In this document: positions 59,823 to 64,000 of the stretch, in pieces
Position numbering within the stretch: the stretch's first letter is position 1
How the letters are laid out: each line of letters opens with the position of its first letter
Origin: a virus
Lineage: Duplodnaviria > Caudoviricetes
Direction: 5' to 3' (one strand)
DNA: 64,000 nucleotides
IMG/VR virus record: IMGVR_UViG_3300028833_000057
Coordinates: 192,001-256,000 of that record
The notes under the pieces: model-generated
Databases searched by the model: none
Told to the model about the DNA's origin: nothing
The model's input: the letters and a program-made list of their open reading frames with translations, nothing else
Program-made: the position numbers and the translations under genes

Positions 59823-60172
59823 ATTGTGATTCTCTAGAACGTGGATTTCAGGAAAATCTATGACAAATTTTATCTAGAGAATCACTTTATAAAAATTAGT
59901 GGCTAATTGCTGGAGACACAACCTAGGAAGACTTGCAGAATAACTAGGTCACAACAATTAGCCAGAAATGAAAACTGAGTAGAGTAAAACGCAGGATGTA
60001 AGGGATTACTTTCTTAGTTGAATTCTACTCAGTCCTCTTCACACAACTCTAACGAGCAACATATTTGCAACGTCAAAGGAGGTTCATGGAAAATATTTGA
60101 CGATCTTTCTTCGTCAATACTAAATTATAATCGTTCAGCACATTTTGATTACTACCAGGGCCGTACCAGCTG

Positions 60173-60251
60173 TGGATCAACGGAGATTCGAACTCCGAAC
60201 TTTCTCATGCTTTGCAACTTGAGAGTGCTTTACCAATTAAGCTAAAGACCC
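60173..60251 (-). tRNA. non-canonical tRNA-Ala-like (G3:U70, expanded anticodon loop)
   Basis: GGGTC/GATCC-A acceptor, normal D and T arms, 12-nt loop AGTTGCAAAGCA. Confidence 0.6.
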
Positions 60252-60446
60252 ATGACTTTCTAATCTAGCATATTATAAGAGATGATTAAAGGTACCTACA
60301 TCTCTTATAAAACTTCTAGTAATGCTATAGGGATGCACAGTCTGGCTAAAGGCTATGCATCCCATAGCACCCCTTCTCAACTATGTGAGCGACATATTCG
60401 CAACACAACGGAGTTCTTCAAAATTTAATATATCAATGAAACTATA

Positions 60447-61229
60447 TTAGAATGGAAGATCATCAGCTTCTTCTTCGCTATACTGAGGAGCTGCTGCTTG
60501 CTGCTGAGGAGCAGCATTACCAGAATTAGCCCAAGACTGTGCAGTAGACGCACCTCTACGAGAAGGCGCTCTAGGAGCAGATGTACCACTGGTATTCTGA
60601 CCACCATTATAATTATCGCCACGGTTCGGCTTGTGATCCATAGGAGATACAAGCACACGACACATTTCATTTACAAATTCACAGAATGTGTCAAAAGACG
60701 GATTTTCTACAAAGATAGTTGCTTCTGCATTTGCATCTGTAGAATTGAAACCTTGGAGATTAATATTTTCAAAATAGAAGGAATGTGTATAAGAAATTTC
60801 CTTGCTGTTATTATCTGCCTTACCAACATAGATAATAACACCATCCTTCATATCTTCTTCTTCAGTAGCAGATCCGTCAATCAAACGGAAATGACTACCA
60901 TGGAAAGAGATTTCCATGTCAAGGATTTCTTTAGCCTTATAATGCATAAGAACCTTGCGAAGAACCTGACAATCTTCTGCAGACAATGACATATAGATAG
61001 CATTGTCGTAATCGTATGTTTGTTCACCCTTCTTAGGAGTTCTGCCACGCATGTCATTGAAAACTGCTGCAATAGAGAGGGTAGCATAAGCACGACCGAA
61101 GCCAGCAGTGGCATAGCCAAGCTGCATAGCACCAGTCTTATTATTGAACAAAGTCGTACACTTGGTACGAACATAGTTCGGTTTATCTTGTGTATTGTTA
61201 TTCGAATTCTGCTGATACGAATTAGCCAT
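60447..61229 (-). CDS. putative single-stranded DNA-binding protein
   Basis: Disordered tail ending EEEADDLPF; directly downstream of the DNA polymerase gene. Confidence 0.65.
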   Translation of the reverse strand: MANSYQQNSNNNTQDKPNYVRTKCTTLFNNKTGAMQLGYATAGFGRAYATLSIAAVFNDMRGRTPKKGEQTYDYDNAIYMSLSAEDCQVLRKVLMHYKAKEILDMEISFHGSHFRLIDGSATEEEDMKDGVIIYVGKADNNSKEISYTHSFYFENINLQGFNSTDANAEATIFVENPSFDTFCEFVNEMCRVLVSPMDHKPNRGDNYNGGQNTSGTSAPRAPSRRGASTAQSWANSGNAAPQQQAAAPQYSEEEADDLPF

Positions 61230-61237
61230 ATTTGTCC

Positions 61238-63181
61238 TTAAAGGTTAACGAAAGTTGAAAATTGTTTTGTAGATACGCCAGTAGGTATCATCTGGAAACC
61301 AATACTTTCCATAATTGGATACGCTGCCTTTGTATTATCAGTGACAATTTTATTTATATCTATCAATGGAATAAGTTCTTCAGGTATAACTTTTAACTTT
61401 TTAGGCAAAGCTATAGAATTTATACCAGATTTATAATATTCCGTATCGGATAATGTCCTTACAATCGCTTCATAAAATTCCGGGAATTTATCCTTGATAC
61501 AGTATGCATCCTCTGGTCTGCATATAGGCTTTAAATCCAGAGTATTTAGTTTTGAGTATGGTTGAATCAGATTTTCTGGATGAGCATTATTCCAGAATCT
61601 AACAGCCTTTACAATAGCATTAGAAGTAGGATCCTTATAGACTGATATATTAGAGTATTTACCTGGTTTAATATACTCTGTACTTCTTTCATGTACAAGA
61701 GAATTATAAACTATTTCTTCATACTCTACAAATTTTCTAAGCACAGTCTTAGGATTGATATCCTTCTTCAAAAGAATTTCATTCATAAGTACATCATAGA
61801 AATACTTACGAGTCTTAATATTCGTAGACACTTTCTTAATAGGCAAACCCTTAATTTCATCCTGTAAAGGATCAAGGATATTGCCTTCTTGAACCATTAT
61901 GATGGTAGAATAGTTCTTCTTATTCTTAGTCATAGCAACACGTTTGAATAAGAATTCAGACTTCATGTTAATCCTAGGTTGATACTGCTTACTGACGTTA
62001 AATCCACCAGTAACAGCATTAAGAATATCCTGAATTACATTAGCTACAATATTATTAATAATATGAGCAGATGCAATCTTGTGCATAGGATGATCTAGAT
62101 CTAGTCCATCAAAATTATTTTCAAAGTAATCTACAAATCTACCAAGATAAGTAAATAGCGAGTCAGAGTCTACTAGAAGAATATTCATACGTTTCATATT
62201 CTTCACTATCTGTGCTCTGTTATATCTGATAAATGGATGAGCCACAAAACTTCTAACAAGACCAACTAGTTTCTTTAGAGGTTCGGCAATTTCCTCCGGT
62301 GGTTCATTTGGATTAGTGAAGTTATAAGAATAGCAATTAGATAATATCTCTTGAATCTTTTGCTGAGATAAGAATTCATAAAGATTATTAGTATAATATA
62401 CTCTATTTCTGAATTCTTGATCCATATTCATACATGTAGCAAGAATATCTGGATCATCTTTATCTAATTCATACGATAATTTCTTATTCTTAATATAAGA
62501 ATACAATATCTCACCAGTAATCTTATTTGGATCATCTAGCCATTCACTAATGGTTTCTGGGAACCTTTCTACATAAATCTGACATTCTTCAATGAAACGA
62601 TAGAATGCATCTTTTGTTTCAAATGTAAGATTATTTTCCATTAAGCCTTCAAGGTACATAATACCAGAAGTAATAACAGCATATCCACAATATGTGGTAG
62701 AAGGGCCGATAAATGGATTAGCAAATACATAATTTTCTTCGCCACTAGCACCATATTCAGCATTAGAAATAAGTTTGAAGAGAAGCTGTCTGATTCTATG
62801 AATCATGTATTCACGCTTGTCTGCGTCATTAACATGCTCAAACATCATGGCTTTTTCTTTTTTACGGTTATTCTGCATTGCAATAAGGAATTTAATAAGA
62901 GGCGATTCATTATTGTCATGCTTTTCAAACAGAGTACCATAACCAGTCATGATATATTTATCTTCATACATATCATCTAACACATCAAGCACACGCTTTT
63001 CTGTTACAGTATGCTTATAGTTATTATGTATGACGATTTCTTCATTTACGTCCGGTCTAGATAGCCTTTCTTTAATAATCTGCTGAAGATTTGCTTCTAC
63101 AGATTCAGGCATAGGCTTATTATATCTCGCAAGATATAACTTCCTTGCAGACTCAACGTATGCATTTAGAAATGTACTCAT
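61238..63181 (-). CDS. family B DNA polymerase, C-terminal (fingers/palm/thumb) subunit of a split enzyme
   Basis: KLISNAEYG (motif B), VDSDSLF (motif C), KKNY; GAGGT RBS before ATG 63181; no exonuclease or motif A seen. Confidence 0.85.
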   Translation of the reverse strand: MSTFLNAYVESARKLYLARYNKPMPESVEANLQQIIKERLSRPDVNEEIVIHNNYKHTVTEKRVLDVLDDMYEDKYIMTGYGTLFEKHDNNESPLIKFLIAMQNNRKKEKAMMFEHVNDADKREYMIHRIRQLLFKLISNAEYGASGEENYVFANPFIGPSTTYCGYAVITSGIMYLEGLMENNLTFETKDAFYRFIEECQIYVERFPETISEWLDDPNKITGEILYSYIKNKKLSYELDKDDPDILATCMNMDQEFRNRVYYTNNLYEFLSQQKIQEILSNCYSYNFTNPNEPPEEIAEPLKKLVGLVRSFVAHPFIRYNRAQIVKNMKRMNILLVDSDSLFTYLGRFVDYFENNFDGLDLDHPMHKIASAHIINNIVANVIQDILNAVTGGFNVSKQYQPRINMKSEFLFKRVAMTKNKKNYSTIIMVQEGNILDPLQDEIKGLPIKKVSTNIKTRKYFYDVLMNEILLKKDINPKTVLRKFVEYEEIVYNSLVHERSTEYIKPGKYSNISVYKDPTSNAIVKAVRFWNNAHPENLIQPYSKLNTLDLKPICRPEDAYCIKDKFPEFYEAIVRTLSDTEYYKSGINSIALPKKLKVIPEELIPLIDINKIVTDNTKAAYPIMESIGFQMIPTGVSTKQFSTFVNL

Positions 63182-63262
63182 GTTTACCTCTTGATTCATG
63201 GAAAAGTTAGCAGACAAGAATAATAGGCTTCAAAAGTGTGGTATATTCATGCCGTCTAACAT

Positions 63263-63308
63263 CTAAATGCGAACAAATTAACAAACTAAATGCGAACAAA
63301 TTAACAAA
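63263..63308. repeat. perfect 23-bp tandem duplication
   Basis: CTAAATGCGAACAAATTAACAAA x2. Confidence 0.95.
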
Positions 63309-63317
63309 GGAAGCTTT

Positions 63318-64000
63318 ATGAGCTTAATGTCTGAATTCAGAAAAGAAGCAGATAAAAAATCTGATATGCAAGCCAAAGAAGAAATCATTTCCATCCCGAC
63401 TGGTTATGATATTGCGGATTTATCTAATGCTACAAGAGATTACTCCACTGGTAATATTGATGCTGGCATGCGTGAAGGTCATATTATAGGTGCAGCTGGC
63501 CCTTCTGGAGCTGGTAAAACTACATTCCTTCATAATCTTGCATTTGGAATGATTAAAAGATTTGAGAATGGAACTCTTGAAGACATGGATGCCGAACACA
63601 GCCATAATCGTCAACGTATGAAGTTCCTTTATACTAAAGGTGATCCTAGCCTTGAAGACAAATTTGAAGAACAGGTTAGTAAGCCTTATAACCTTAATGT
63701 TTATCTCGATGATGTCAATGAAAGATTCCATGAAATTTATGATTTCAAGACAAAGCATCGTAAGGAACTTGAAGAAGAGTTTACAACCTTAGACGGTCGT
63801 AAGCAAAGAGTAATGGCACCAACTATTATTTTCATTGATTCTATTGCGGCACTTTTCTCTCGTAAACAGGCCGAAGCTATAGAATCTGGTGAAATGGATA
63901 GTAATATGGCTGGATCTCAGCAAGCTATTACAAATAATGCTTTCTTTAAGAAGACATCTAATATGGCCTTTGATGCAAATATTTATCTATTTGTCATTGG
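63318..64000 (+). CDS. RecA/UvsX-like recombinase (partial, runs off window end)
   Basis: IPTGYDIAD...GPSGAGKTT...DAEH...IFIDSIAA; AAGGA RBS. Confidence 0.85.
   Translation, partial: MSLMSEFRKEADKKSDMQAKEEIISIPTGYDIADLSNATRDYSTGNIDAGMREGHIIGAAGPSGAGKTTFLHNLAFGMIKRFENGTLEDMDAEHSHNRQRMKFLYTKGDPSLEDKFEEQVSKPYNLNVYLDDVNERFHEIYDFKTKHRKELEEEFTTLDGRKQRVMAPTIIFIDSIAALFSRKQAEAIESGEMDSNMAGSQQAITNNAFFKKTSNMAFDANIYLFVI

Noticed and set aside
59826-60368. Possible CRISPR array
   Set aside because: Units have similar size but no shared direct-repeat sequence; no cas genes in the window.
63420-63758. 112-aa minus-strand ORF
   Set aside because: Antisense to the recA-like gene, which is missing from the ORF track only because it is truncated by the window.
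1-64000. Stop-codon reassignment, as seen in some gut jumbo phages
   Set aside because: Core genes are intact in the standard code, TAG and TGA end real genes, and no suppressor tRNA was found.

Overview
AT-rich 64-kb segment of a jumbo myophage of the phiKZ/AR9 type, with its own split multisubunit RNA polymerases and the standard genetic code. It carries virion genes: tail tube, a very large tail sheath, large terminase, major capsid protein, baseplate/spike and fibre genes, and a family of head proteins with (A/S)-x-E maturation sites. It also has three RNAP subunit genes, HU, a RecD/Dda-like helicase, an SSB-like gene, a split family-B DNA polymerase and a truncated recA-like gene. Accessory enzymes include a Stealth transferase, two radical SAM proteins (one fused to a nucleotidyltransferase), a Clp-type AAA+/M41 protease, an M16 peptidase, two HAD phosphatases and a stand-alone 47-aa NrdD glycyl-radical peptide missed by the ORF track. 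Nine canonical tRNA genes and one non-canonical tRNA-Ala-like gene are present. Two promoter-like motifs recur: TTATATTAA and (A/T)AC(A/T)-N6-T(G/A). The most unusual signals are non-coding. A ~300-nt nested RNA with hexamer repeats and an embedded tRNA-Thr lies directly behind a coiled-coil gene (52857-54036), and several non-tRNA structured elements are interleaved with the tRNA cluster (57.8-60.4 kb). All product calls come from motif recognition by eye; no database search was run.
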